From positions 1 through 64,000 of the IMG/VR virus record IMGVR_UViG_3300037075_000004: a stretch of DNA of 64,000 bases; one strand, given 5' to 3'. The DNA is from a virus (Duplodnaviria; Caudoviricetes). Below the pieces are notes generated by a model. It did not search any database. It was not told the origin of the DNA and worked only from the letters and a program-made list of their open reading frames with translations. Shown piece after piece: positions 1 through 10,108 of this stretch (position 1 is the first letter of the stretch; the number at the start of each line of letters is the position of its first letter). A program made the position numbers and the translations under genes.

Positions 1-814
1 CCACAACCATTGTCCCGCCAATATCATTACCATCATCCGAGAAATTCCAGAAACGGCATTCCTTGACAAGAAAATAAGCATTGGGTAGCGTATGAAGGGT
101 ATCGTATTGAGTTGCCGATATCCACCTGCCATTATGAGTATATTTAATCCCATCGGCAGCATTACCTGGGTGTGCGCTTGTCGAATCACATAAGTTATAA
201 AAGTCACACCTGTAAAATGTTGTAGTATCTTCTGTTACAGTTACTGGAGTCCAGGTTGAATTATAATATCCTATAAAGCCTGAGCCATAAACACCCCTGC
301 CGCTTATATTGCGAAACGTGCATCTCTCAAATTTTATATTGGCTGAATAATTAAGAGTGACTCCCTGCGGCATTTTCGTGGTGCCTCTTTGAAATACATT
401 CTGAATAGTCAAACCCTTAAAGTGAATATACTGGCACATATAAAGAACAATCCCCTTTACAATTGATGAAGCTGTAGATATTTGTCCGCTACAATCGAGT
501 ATGGGTGTTTCTCCCGGATATGCAAAGAATGAAATCCAATGTGCGGCATTCCCACTATGACCTCTTGCGGGCGGGTAATAGCCATAAGGATCAATACGGG
601 GGTAGTTGTCGTCCCCCACCGAAGTGTAAACCCCTCCCCTGAAATATACGGTATCCCCAGCATTGGCGGTTGTGAATGCTTTTTGCCATGTAGCCCATAG
701 TGCACCTATCGTCCCGGCAGCACCATCACTGCCTGTTGTGGCAACATAATAGGTGTTCTGTGCATTTAACCCGACACCCAGGGAGAACAGCAGTATTATA
801 AGTATCTTCCTCAT
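1..814 (-). CDS. Right-handed beta-helix, PL9 pectate-lyase-like protein (tailspike/depolymerase candidate); 3' end runs off the window
   Basis: Absent from the ORF track because it has no stop in the window. Manual translation from ATG 814 is open to position 1: MRKILIILLFSLGVGLNA-QNTYYVATTGSDGAAGT...AGDTVYFRGGVY...AYPGETPILD...GNAADGI...FWNFSDDGND. YYVA/GSD, AGDTVYFRGG.Y, YPGE.PILD and DG/DDG are PL9/DUF1565-like hallmarks. Predicted Sec signal peptide. Confidence 0.75.
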   Translation of the reverse strand, partial: MRKILIILLFSLGVGLNAQNTYYVATTGSDGAAGTIGALWATWQKAFTTANAGDTVYFRGGVYTSVGDDNYPRIDPYGYYPPARGHSGNAAHWISFFAYPGETPILDCSGQISTASSIVKGIVLYMCQYIHFKGLTIQNVFQRGTTKMPQGVTLNYSANIKFERCTFRNISGRGVYGSGFIGYYNSTWTPVTVTEDTTTFYRCDFYNLCDSTSAHPGNAADGIKYTHNGRWISATQYDTLHTLPNAYFLVKECRFWNFSDDGNDIGGTMVV

Positions 815-815
815 T

Positions 816-1739
816 TTAGTATATAGTTACCCAAAACGGAGCATTACTTACAGTCCAACCCGAACTTAGATCAAGAGTGGGAGAGGGTAAAGTTGTCTGT
901 GTATCTTTATATGCATATTGCACTAAACTATTTGTAAACATAGTATTCATTCCGGTAATAACACCCAAGAGTCTTGTTAATGTAGGATCGACAGCGTGTG
1001 CAGATGTCCAACTATAAAGTAATGCCACATAATACAGACCTTTAGCGGCAACATAAGGCGTGGTAAAGGCTTTTGTAGTATAGGTATTTGCTGTTGCTTT
1101 CCATATATTACCATCATTTGTTGATGATGCAACGAGGGTTAATACTGAACCAGACACGGAATATAAACCAACTCCGTTGTAATTAGCTGCCGTATAATCT
1201 CCTTGCGCTGATTGCAACCATCCCACTCCTGTGATTGTAGCAGCAGTTTGTAAATATACAGGTTGCAAGTAACATCTTCGATCAGACATTGCAGCAGCAG
1301 AGGTAGTCATATTCAGCCCCCCTCCAACATTAAAGGCCTTTATCGTTGATCCCATCGCAGTAATAGCCGCAATCTCAGCAGAACCCACGCTTGCTAAACC
1401 ATCGGCAAGCATCTTACCTGTTGCATAAGAATTTGCTTTTGCCGTAGACGATGAGTCGGTAAGAGCCACAACGGTAATCTGTGCCCCTGCCGGTATATCG
1501 GGATTGAGTTGCGTACTGCCCCGATAAACCTTAAACAAGGTAGGAGTTGTCGTATTATCTGTCGATATGGAATCTATGGTAAGCAAGTAACTACCGGTCT
1601 TATTAACTCCCGTCTTCTCAACAGTCCTTCCCACCTTTAGGCCACCATGTGCGTCAACAATATAACGATACCAGTTTATTTGTGCCGATAGTGAGACCGT
1701 CAGCGTAAATGCTATTAAAAATAGAACAATTCTTTTCAT
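816..1739 (-). CDS. Signal-peptide-bearing, beta-rich putative virion or secreted protein
   Basis: 307 aa, N-terminus MKRIVLFLIAFTLTVSLSA-Q, Thr/Ala/Gly rich; abuts neighbours by 1-2 nt in the tail operon. Confidence 0.5.
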   Translation of the reverse strand: MKRIVLFLIAFTLTVSLSAQINWYRYIVDAHGGLKVGRTVEKTGVNKTGSYLLTIDSISTDNTTTPTLFKVYRGSTQLNPDIPAGAQITVVALTDSSSTAKANSYATGKMLADGLASVGSAEIAAITAMGSTIKAFNVGGGLNMTTSAAAMSDRRCYLQPVYLQTAATITGVGWLQSAQGDYTAANYNGVGLYSVSGSVLTLVASSTNDGNIWKATANTYTTKAFTTPYVAAKGLYYVALLYSWTSAHAVDPTLTRLLGVITGMNTMFTNSLVQYAYKDTQTTLPSPTLDLSSGWTVSNAPFWVTIY

Positions 1740-1740
1740 A

Positions 1741-2064
1741 TTATTGTGATATTAAAATTTCGTAGTCAATACCTTCGGTTCCGCTAAAACTTGTACCTAC
1801 CTCTAAAACATAATTTCCACTAATAACTGTTTCCCTGTAAGTACCGGTTAGCGAACCGCTATGGGAGTCAATGGTTATATAATCAATATCCTCTGTACCA
1901 GCAAAACCGAGTACGGTGAGTTCTACCTGTGTTACAAATATCCCTCCTACCTGCCCACAGCGAACACGGAGACCGGTATCAGGGTCAGTCCAGTACAACA
2001 CAACCGTGGTCGACAGTACCGCCAATGTGAAAGGTGTGCCAACGCCAACTCCTGTTACTGACAT
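1741..2064 (-). CDS. Hypothetical protein with an internal duplicated motif
   Basis: 107 aa; GFAGTEDIDY and SFSGTEGIDY; collinear with the operon. Confidence 0.55.
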   Translation of the reverse strand: MSVTGVGVGTPFTLAVLSTTVVLYWTDPDTGLRVRCGQVGGIFVTQVELTVLGFAGTEDIDYITIDSHSGSLTGTYRETVISGNYVLEVGTSFSGTEGIDYEILISQ

Positions 2065-2075
2065 TGTTTTAAGTA

Positions 2076-2486
2076 TTAGAGTATCCTACCTACATTAATT
2101 GCTGTGATGCTCGAAGGGAAGTTTGCATCATTGGCGGCAAACACTTTTACTATCGGAGTTACTGCCCATTCGCCAGCCAGTAAGTCAATCCTCCGTGGTG
2201 TGATCCCCGCTAAAGTCCAATTTGCAGGTAATACCCCCCTGTTCTCTTTTATATAGGTCTCAAACTGACTCCATGTGACAGCATAAATATATCCAGAACT
2301 ATCGGTGGCGTTCTTAACCCCAAACCCGTTCTCCCAGAGTGCCGTCATAAGCGATAATATAGCCGATGTTGGTGATGCCTGATATATTGCAATCGGATCA
2401 AAGTTTGCTGTCGCTATACTTGAGTATTCGATGTCTTCAAACCAGAAGGGGAAACGCCCACCTCCACGTAAAGTTAACATTGCCAT
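2076..2486 (-). CDS. Hypothetical protein (structural module)
   Basis: 136 aa ORF with a TATCTTTG box at 2510-2517 upstream. Confidence 0.6.
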   Translation of the reverse strand: MAMLTLRGGGRFPFWFEDIEYSSIATANFDPIAIYQASPTSAILSLMTALWENGFGVKNATDSSGYIYAVTWSQFETYIKENRGVLPANWTLAGITPRRIDLLAGEWAVTPIVKVFAANDANFPSSITAINVGRIL

Positions 2487-2529
2487 TTTATTCTATTTTT
2501 AATGTTTCACAAAGATACTTCAATTTTAC

Positions 2530-5500
2530 TTATTTGTTTTGCTCTCGCCCGCTAACGATATCTTCCATATCTCTCTTAGCCTGCTTAAGTGCTCTTGACC
2601 ATGATTTGTTTAGTTCCTCTATGAAAGTACTCTTGCCGGTGTCGGGGTCTGGCTCTTTATCTTTAGCGAGTTCTTCTTTTGAAACCCCCGATAGATAAGG
2701 CATTATATCATCAGCATAATAAGAGAGGGCTATGTTATTTAATTGTTCTACCTCTTGCGGGGTTAATTTCACGTCTCCTAACTTCTTAACCATTGATGGT
2801 AACGGCAAGGCGTCCTCATCGAGCATAGTCTTCCAGTTATTGGGTTCTCTCTGCCTGTAGTTATTCCAACTAAACATCTGTGCCTCGGCCTCCTTGCGTG
2901 CATTCGAATATATAGAACCAAGTTCTTTCATCCTGTCGTCCATGGTGGCCTCGTCCCACTCCTTAGAGTTCACATATGCCTCAGCATCCTGTGCTCTCGT
3001 TCTCCCGACCCTGATCTGATATTCTTCAAACTCTTTAGGTGTCATCTTTGAATCTACCCATCCCACCTTTGTTGACGGTGATGGCGGTGTGGGGAATATT
3101 TTTTTAGCTTCTTCGGGGTCTTTCTGACTGAACTGTTCGTACATCTCGTATAACTTTGTACCGAAGGAATATTTCTGATACTTTTTCTCCTTTGTAATAC
3201 CTAACAGACTGTACATTACTCTGTTTTCTCCTTTGGGTATTCTCTCTACTCTGTCTCCCCATACACTTACCTTGGCGGGTAGGTCTTTGCCCATGAACAG
3301 CCTGTCCTTGAATGAGTTCTCGATATGTCTTGTTATCTTGCCCTTATCCTGACTTAAATCTCTTGTCTCCCTTATCAATCTTTCGGGGTCGTATGCCTGA
3401 CTTATTGCCGCAACAGTGTTGGGATATAGCAATGTTGATAATACCTGTGCCTCGCTTACCATCCACCTGTCTTTCTCTGCCTCTCCGCCCGTCAATGCCT
3501 GCAAGAGAGTATTAGTACCCGTAAGAATAGACTGTTGTAATGCCATCTTGGGTACATACTCGGTCATACCCACATTGGTCTGCCATATCTGCTGAAGTGG
3601 ATTACCTTTCAGCATCTCATCTATCTCTTGCGGGGTTTTATCTTTATACGCTTGTGCCACGGCCATGAGTTGTACGGATACTATGGCAAGTCTTTTTATC
3701 GACCATGTTTTGTCACCTTCCTGCCATGACGGGTCGTCACCATTGATTAACCTACGCAACCCACTGATATTTAGCCGTCCTTCTTCTTTCCCTGATGCAA
3801 GCTGTGCGGCCTTGACATCTTTATCATCTGACAGGGTTGTTATAAGTCCATGGCGGGCCAAAGCTATTGCCACACTCATCACGGCACTACTCATAACAAA
3901 CTTACCCAGATCATCCATTGCCGCCCTGCGGTTGCCACTAAACTCACCTTTGCCCATTATTTGACTTGGCAATCCAGTGTGATATAGGAATTTAACGGCA
4001 GGTATCATCGGGATACTTGTCTCAAAGGATAACTTTGTCAAGTTAATAGGAACCTTCACATAAGGAAGGGCGGTCGCTTTGATAAGTCTCAGGATGCTAT
4101 TCCCTATCTTACCGGTGGTATTGTCTTTTTTGTTGGAGAACTGTCTTCCAAGTGATGTCAGCCATTTGCTCAGTTCGGTGGCCTCGGCAAAGGTAGCTAT
4201 ATCACCCTGCTTACGGGAGGCGGTAAGGGATTCGGCATCGGGATGTGATATAAATTTATCCCTCTCTATGTTCTTGATCTTGGAGTCATTAAGATAGGCA
4301 AGTCTCTTGTCCTTCTCGGCAGGATCGGTGATATTCTTGGCATCTGTTATTTTCTTGCGCCAGTTAAGTTCGAATATCTCACTAAGGCGCCCTCTCTCTG
4401 CCCCGCCCCGGAAAGGCTTATCACCCAAGTTAAGTAATCTGAACTGTGCCTCTGCAAAATATCCGGCGGGTAACGCCTGTAACACATCACCAAAGACCTT
4501 ACTAAACTCTCTTTTATTTTTTAGTGTGACTACATCCCATATCCGTTTGGCTGCATCCAGTGGATGTACGCCTCTCTGCACCTCCGTTTTCATCAAGTCT
4601 CTCTCGAGTGCCCCGGAGTAAAGTTGCCTGAAACCCTCTAAAGTATTCAGCCATGCTCCCTTTAGATATCCTCTTGCATAGGTTAGCGGTAATGTGGTTC
4701 GCTCGGTGGATGGTAACATCTGGGCGAGATGATAGAGATCGGGATGCTTTCTTGGGTCTATCTTCTTTAGCGGTTCTGTTAGTCGTGCCATCTGTGATAT
4801 TAGTGCATCGGCCATACCCGATATGAGATATGCAGGCCCGTTAAAGGGAATAATAGCTATGTTGCCGGCAATATTGGCAATCTGGGATGACGGTACAAGT
4901 AAGTTACCCTGTATAAGCGTACTTGCCACGTCTACAAGGTCGGGTTCCTGTGCCAACATCTCTTTTATTTTCTGGTTGGCTTCGAGTGCCTTGCGTTGTG
5001 CTTTCTGTGCCTGTTTTCTTGATTTATTTATTATATCTCTCAAGTCGGTCAACTTGGCCGAATTGGGGTCTTTATTATATTCGTCAATATAATCCTGAAA
5101 TGTCTTGGCAAATTCTTCCGTCTTTTTATTAGCGTTACCGAGTGCCCTGGCGGCATCCGTCAGCTTGGCTTCGGTCTGTTCGGTCACATAGTCCCGCCCC
5201 AAAGCCTTAGACAGTATTGCCCTCATCCGTGGGTCTGTGATAGCCCCTTTCTCACTTAGCTCCTCAAGATATTTGGCAACGAAATCACCAACCTGTTTGC
5301 GTGTGGCGAACTTAGCCATCTTCTCGAAGATTTTATCCACTACTTCCTGTTGTGATGGCGGAGCTTTAGGCTTTTTTACTCTCTTGGTTACTCCTTTTTC
5401 TACTTTTGGTAACTTTTCTATGAGGGGTTTAAGTCTTTGTTGTGTATCAGCAATATATTCATCTCTTCCCCAATCAGGAGAATCTATTTCGCCCTTTTCG

Positions 5501-8500
5501 TATTTATTCTTAAACTCCCTATCAAGATATTCAACTCCTCTTTGGACAGCTACGGTTAGTCCTACTCCTAATTTCATAGCGTCCCTGATGACGAGCATAG
5601 CACCATTATACATTGCTACGGGGATACCAAGTAGTCCACCATAAAGATTCTGTTGTTTAGGATCAATGAGAAGCCCGTTAAAGAAATCATCAATTTTTTT
5701 ATTGGCTTCTTCCCCCCAGTTTTTAGTGCCTATCTTATCAATCTCTTCGCCTATGCCTTTCTGTACCGCTTCCTTAAATTCGGGGGTATTGACATATTCC
5801 TCCATTATCTTCTTGGCGAACTCGACCTCGGTAGTTTTATCGCCAAAATATTCCCTATTTGCCCTGTCAAGTTTTTCCCTTACAGATGCTACTAATAACT
5901 CTGGCGTGCTTCCGAGTAATTTTCCCCATCGTTTCTTGGATTCTACACTCTGACCGCCCAAAGTACCCTGTTCGGCATCAAAGATTATAGAATTGGTAAG
6001 TTTATCTCTTATAACTGCTCTTTGGTCAGCATCAGTGACACCCTCCAATCTCTGTGCTAACTTCTCGGCAACTATGGCATTTAAGGTAGTTCTTGTATCG
6101 GCCAACATCCCATTGGACATATTAAACACCTCTGCCTGTAGTTTATCGAGTCCTGCATCGTCCGTGCCAAAGACATTAACAAGTTCCTGTGCCTCTGCAT
6201 CCGTTACTTTCCTGCCCCTTGGGACATAGTTTATTCCTTTCTCCCGTATTTCTTGCTTGACATCCTCAGGAAGATTAGAATTTAATGCTCTTTCAAGTAT
6301 CTTTCGGACATTCCCCTCGTTTTCGCCCGTTTTAAGCGGTTCTGGCGGTACTTCGGTCGGGAGTGGTGTCTCTATCGGCTTTTCGGTGATCGGGGCGGAA
6401 ATCGCTTCTTTTGGGGCAATTTCGGGCTGTGTGACCTCTGTTAAAGGTTCGATAGGCTCTTTTTGTAACAAATCAGCCACTTCTTTAAGATAATCGGGTA
6501 TTTCACCCGTTTCCCTGAACTTTTGCTCTGCCGGTAGTCCCGCCTCCTCATGTGCCTTATCGTAACTCCATCCTTTCTCGTCCATCGCCCTCTGCTCCTC
6601 GGCTTCATGGATCAAGTCTGCGATTTTGTCTTTAGTGGCTTCGACATCCTCAACGAAGATATCTCCTTTCTCCATCCACGGATAGGCGCTTGAATTACCG
6701 CCCTCGGTAAAATTAGTATATATCTTATCTCGTATCTGTTCCCCGCTAACGATAAATACTTTACGCCCGTCAGAGAGAGTACCTATTTCTTTTTTAGGTA
6801 TAGTAGGTAGTGCTTCTTCCCAATTAGGTTGAAGCTCCCCTTTCTGTTTAAACTCTTTTATTTGTTCTTTTACCCCCTTTGGGGCGCCTTCGGGATTTTC
6901 AAGAAAAGATTCGGGTTTTACTTCTTCTCCCTTGACGGCTTCCAGCCTGTTTTTCTCATTATCCCGTAAACGAAGGCGTTCTTCCTCTCCTTGCTCCAAT
7001 TTTGGTGCTTGCTGGCTACTCTCTTGAGTGCTTTCTCCTGTGCTAATGGCATTTTCTTGTCCTCCTAATTTGTTTTGTGATTTAAAATTATCTGTCCATT
7101 CATTTATTGCTTTTATAGTCTTGGGTTCCGGCCAAAGGTCTTCCTTGTAATCAAAAAATGCTCTGTTAAGTTTCCCTGTTTCTTTATCTACCGCATTCTT
7201 GTCAAGAAAATCATTCAGTTCTTCTTTGGTCTGGAACTTATCCTTTCCTATCTGGTAGGGATAGGCATCGTCTTCTATATTTTTAGTAAGGATATCTTTC
7301 TGTTCCTTTGGCAGGTCGCTGTTCTTGACAGTCTCTGTGAATGCCTCGGGGTTTTTCTTGACTTCCTCCGTTACTGCTTTGATATCGGCAAGGGCATCAA
7401 CGACATTGGCTGCCGTTTCATGCGTTGCTTGCTTTTGTAGATCGGGTTGTTTCTTAGCCTCCTCCCGTATGTCGAATGCCTTATCCCGTAGTTCGGTAGG
7501 GCTGAGTTGAATATTATTTGCTTCTTCCTTGGCTTTGGGCGATGACATGAGGTAGTTTCCCGTAGCCCTCATCCCCGCAAACTCGGCAAACTGCGGTATG
7601 GTAAGTAGTCCCCCGAGTTCTGCCGACTGCTGTACCTGATCCCAATCTATTGGCTGACCGGACATAACCTGTCTCATCAGGTCATAACCCGCAAAACCCC
7701 CACCATTTATTACCGCATTGGTAAGTCCTCCTGCTACACCACTCTTGGTAGCATTGGCGATTACCCTAGCCGTCTTGCCACCGGCATAGCCAAGTGCCGT
7801 GAAGATAGCCGCATCAAACGCACCACCTCCCGCCCCCTTGACACCCTCCCAAAGTTCTTTACCTTCCGGTGTATTATCTCTGTTAATATTTGATGCGTAT
7901 TTGTTAACAAAGCCCTTACCCGCCATTTGCGTGATGAGTTTGGGTATCTCCCTTACTTTACCGAGTGCCTTAAATTTGAACTCTGGCGTGATGCCCATTT
8001 CTATAAAGAGTGGTTCGAGTCCTATTGCCCCGCTGAGTAACTTCCCCACATGAGTCTGTGGCATCGGTCTTATCTGCTCTGCCTGTGCATCAAACCAGTT
8101 ACCTATATCACCAAACAACCCACCATGCTTTAATCCTGTAGCGTTAGAAAGAACCTTCGCGGCATCGTCAAGATCATGAAATACCGTACCAAATGCCTTA
8201 CCTATCTCAGCCCCTGCACCCCAGAAATAAGATGGTTTAGGGAGTTCCAACCCTTTTCTTTTTATGATAGCATTGAACGCTTCTTCCTCGCCAGGCCGTA
8301 GATTTCTGTCAAGATTTATGTTATCCGAAAGTCCAAGATCGGACGGTTGTACCTGTGTCTTGTTAAGATAACTTCTTAGGGTAGGTATCTGTAGAGGTTT
8401 AGTAAGAGTGCTGACTTTTGACGCGTCCGATGCCTGTATGAGCGGATTATGCGGCTCGGGTGACTTAGTTAACAGATCGTTTATCTTGGTATTGATATCA

Positions 8501-8817
8501 ACCGATGGTGATGGTTGTAGTGGAGTTAAAGATTCTTGCGAGAACTCTTCGGGTTTTACTGAAATATTCTTTGAAAGAATTTCCTGAGTTTGCTCGAAAG
8601 GTTGTGTTGGCTCTTTTTTTTTTCGACCTATATAGTCGCTGAACTTATTAAAATCAGGGTCAACATTTTCTACATTCTGTGAAAGTAAAAATTGATGTAC
8701 CTTCTGTGCTTTGGCATCATCGTCCATGAGACTCTCAAACCCACTAAAGTCTTTAGGTAGATTCTCTACATTTTGAGAAGAAAGATATTGATATATTTTA
8801 CTTAATTTATCGTCCAT
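2530..8817 (-). CDS. Giant internal virion/ejection (polyvalent-type) protein
   Basis: 2095 aa, largely helical and charged; last of three cargo-like genes after the tail genes. Internal LIHEAEEQRAM...YDKAH motif. No DFDxD RNA polymerase motif seen. Confidence 0.65.
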   Translation of the reverse strand: MDDKLSKIYQYLSSQNVENLPKDFSGFESLMDDDAKAQKVHQFLLSQNVENVDPDFNKFSDYIGRKKKEPTQPFEQTQEILSKNISVKPEEFSQESLTPLQPSPSVDINTKINDLLTKSPEPHNPLIQASDASKVSTLTKPLQIPTLRSYLNKTQVQPSDLGLSDNINLDRNLRPGEEEAFNAIIKRKGLELPKPSYFWGAGAEIGKAFGTVFHDLDDAAKVLSNATGLKHGGLFGDIGNWFDAQAEQIRPMPQTHVGKLLSGAIGLEPLFIEMGITPEFKFKALGKVREIPKLITQMAGKGFVNKYASNINRDNTPEGKELWEGVKGAGGGAFDAAIFTALGYAGGKTARVIANATKSGVAGGLTNAVINGGGFAGYDLMRQVMSGQPIDWDQVQQSAELGGLLTIPQFAEFAGMRATGNYLMSSPKAKEEANNIQLSPTELRDKAFDIREEAKKQPDLQKQATHETAANVVDALADIKAVTEEVKKNPEAFTETVKNSDLPKEQKDILTKNIEDDAYPYQIGKDKFQTKEELNDFLDKNAVDKETGKLNRAFFDYKEDLWPEPKTIKAINEWTDNFKSQNKLGGQENAISTGESTQESSQQAPKLEQGEEERLRLRDNEKNRLEAVKGEEVKPESFLENPEGAPKGVKEQIKEFKQKGELQPNWEEALPTIPKKEIGTLSDGRKVFIVSGEQIRDKIYTNFTEGGNSSAYPWMEKGDIFVEDVEATKDKIADLIHEAEEQRAMDEKGWSYDKAHEEAGLPAEQKFRETGEIPDYLKEVADLLQKEPIEPLTEVTQPEIAPKEAISAPITEKPIETPLPTEVPPEPLKTGENEGNVRKILERALNSNLPEDVKQEIREKGINYVPRGRKVTDAEAQELVNVFGTDDAGLDKLQAEVFNMSNGMLADTRTTLNAIVAEKLAQRLEGVTDADQRAVIRDKLTNSIIFDAEQGTLGGQSVESKKRWGKLLGSTPELLVASVREKLDRANREYFGDKTTEVEFAKKIMEEYVNTPEFKEAVQKGIGEEIDKIGTKNWGEEANKKIDDFFNGLLIDPKQQNLYGGLLGIPVAMYNGAMLVIRDAMKLGVGLTVAVQRGVEYLDREFKNKYEKGEIDSPDWGRDEYIADTQQRLKPLIEKLPKVEKGVTKRVKKPKAPPSQQEVVDKIFEKMAKFATRKQVGDFVAKYLEELSEKGAITDPRMRAILSKALGRDYVTEQTEAKLTDAARALGNANKKTEEFAKTFQDYIDEYNKDPNSAKLTDLRDIINKSRKQAQKAQRKALEANQKIKEMLAQEPDLVDVASTLIQGNLLVPSSQIANIAGNIAIIPFNGPAYLISGMADALISQMARLTEPLKKIDPRKHPDLYHLAQMLPSTERTTLPLTYARGYLKGAWLNTLEGFRQLYSGALERDLMKTEVQRGVHPLDAAKRIWDVVTLKNKREFSKVFGDVLQALPAGYFAEAQFRLLNLGDKPFRGGAERGRLSEIFELNWRKKITDAKNITDPAEKDKRLAYLNDSKIKNIERDKFISHPDAESLTASRKQGDIATFAEATELSKWLTSLGRQFSNKKDNTTGKIGNSILRLIKATALPYVKVPINLTKLSFETSIPMIPAVKFLYHTGLPSQIMGKGEFSGNRRAAMDDLGKFVMSSAVMSVAIALARHGLITTLSDDKDVKAAQLASGKEEGRLNISGLRRLINGDDPSWQEGDKTWSIKRLAIVSVQLMAVAQAYKDKTPQEIDEMLKGNPLQQIWQTNVGMTEYVPKMALQQSILTGTNTLLQALTGGEAEKDRWMVSEAQVLSTLLYPNTVAAISQAYDPERLIRETRDLSQDKGKITRHIENSFKDRLFMGKDLPAKVSVWGDRVERIPKGENRVMYSLLGITKEKKYQKYSFGTKLYEMYEQFSQKDPEEAKKIFPTPPSPSTKVGWVDSKMTPKEFEEYQIRVGRTRAQDAEAYVNSKEWDEATMDDRMKELGSIYSNARKEAEAQMFSWNNYRQREPNNWKTMLDEDALPLPSMVKKLGDVKLTPQEVEQLNNIALSYYADDIMPYLSGVSKEELAKDKEPDPDTGKSTFIEELNKSWSRALKQAKRDMEDIVSGREQNK

Positions 8818-8818
8818 A

Positions 8819-10108
8819 TCAAATACCTATATTTATCTTAGGTTTCTCTTGCGGGGTTCCTGCCTTATTTCTCAATGTTCCCAGGTTAGTCGTCTGCCCA
8901 TTCACAACTATCGGTATCTTGTCTATCTCCGCCTTGTTAAGATTACCTGCCGGTATTTCCAGTAGTGTCCCGTTGTCTATATTGGGATCGGTGCCTGTCG
9001 CAGCGATAATTATTTTATCGCCATCAGGATCGTATGCTTTCAGGTATCCTTCGATATTGCCCTTGGATGTCAGGTTTCTCGATGTTCTTGCTCCTAGTTT
9101 AATCCCTCCCGTGGTTGGTACATAACTTATCTTGGCAGTGCCATCAAACTCTATAGGATTATTATAGGTCTTATCGGCATAAGTTATTGACCCATTCCTC
9201 TGTTGTCCTGCTTGGAAGTTAGCGTAATGCCGCCCAAAGAGATCAATATCTATCCCGCCTTTCTTTCCTGTAAGTACTGGCTTTTGCTCGGTTATCTCTT
9301 TTGTTTTTAATACCTTGTCCCAATAGTTATCCTGTGCCCATCTGAGAATAGGGTTATTACCTTCTTCTATATATTTTTTGTACTCTTGCGGATTTGTAGT
9401 CTTAAGTTGCTGGAACTTTTCTATCCATCCCCTCGCCATTCTGTCATTACCGTGCATATAGGACGCCACAAGGTTCCTTCCGTCTTGTTCCGTACCGGTA
9501 GATTCAAACTTTTTGGTAGTAAGTGTCTTGTCGGGATTAAGAACTGTCTTGGATACGGTGGTGTCTCCGAAATTACCTTTGTTAACATCTTTCCCGAAGA
9601 ACTCATCGGGGTCTACGGAACTCGGGAGTAGCGGCCCCTGTTCCCAATCCCCCGTAGAGATAAAACTATCCCATCGCCTCTGGAAATCCTGATGATCTAA
9701 GTTACCTTGTATATCTTTGCTTACAGCATCTTTGGCGGCAAAAGCCTGAGTCATATCACTCTGCATCTTTTGCTGATTCATAATAATGAAATCTCTTTCT
9801 TTTGACATATTTACCTTGTCATCGGTAGAGAGGTTACCACCTTTTTGCTTCATCACCGCTCCCCACTTGTTATTGAACTGGTCGAGTAACTTGGATTGTG
9901 TCTCACGGGCAGCCGTGGAGAGAACAAATACAGGATCAATATTAGCCGTCTTTAGAAACTCTTCCTCGTTCTTTTTATAGGTATCGTATTTTAACTTTTG
10001 GGCGGATAGGATAAGATCAGACATCCCCTTCTGAGCTGACTGTACCTGCTCATTGCCCGGGAGTAAGATACCGGTATTTTTACCTGTGAAACTATTCTCG
10101 AAGGCCAT
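8819..10108 (-). CDS. Putative internal virion/ejection protein
   Basis: 429 aa, coupled between the 212 aa and 2095 aa genes; helical Q/K-rich N-terminal half. Confidence 0.5.
   Translation of the reverse strand: MAFENSFTGKNTGILLPGNEQVQSAQKGMSDLILSAQKLKYDTYKKNEEEFLKTANIDPVFVLSTAARETQSKLLDQFNNKWGAVMKQKGGNLSTDDKVNMSKERDFIIMNQQKMQSDMTQAFAAKDAVSKDIQGNLDHQDFQRRWDSFISTGDWEQGPLLPSSVDPDEFFGKDVNKGNFGDTTVSKTVLNPDKTLTTKKFESTGTEQDGRNLVASYMHGNDRMARGWIEKFQQLKTTNPQEYKKYIEEGNNPILRWAQDNYWDKVLKTKEITEQKPVLTGKKGGIDIDLFGRHYANFQAGQQRNGSITYADKTYNNPIEFDGTAKISYVPTTGGIKLGARTSRNLTSKGNIEGYLKAYDPDGDKIIIAATGTDPNIDNGTLLEIPAGNLNKAEIDKIPIVVNGQTTNLGTLRNKAGTPQEKPKINIGI

Noticed and set aside
1-1739. Host O-glycosylation sequons D-S/T-x in the signal-peptide proteins
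   Set aside because: The three-residue motif is too frequent by chance to count as evidence.
3312-8053. Many plus-strand ORFs of 60-135 aa opposite the long minus-strand genes (also throughout 9-51 kb)
   Set aside because: Antisense shadows with Ser/Leu/Phe-rich composition, many non-ATG starts and no promoter boxes.
2530-8817. Virion RNA polymerase call for the 2095 aa protein
   Set aside because: No DFDxD or DxDGD catalytic motif found; size and position alone are not enough.
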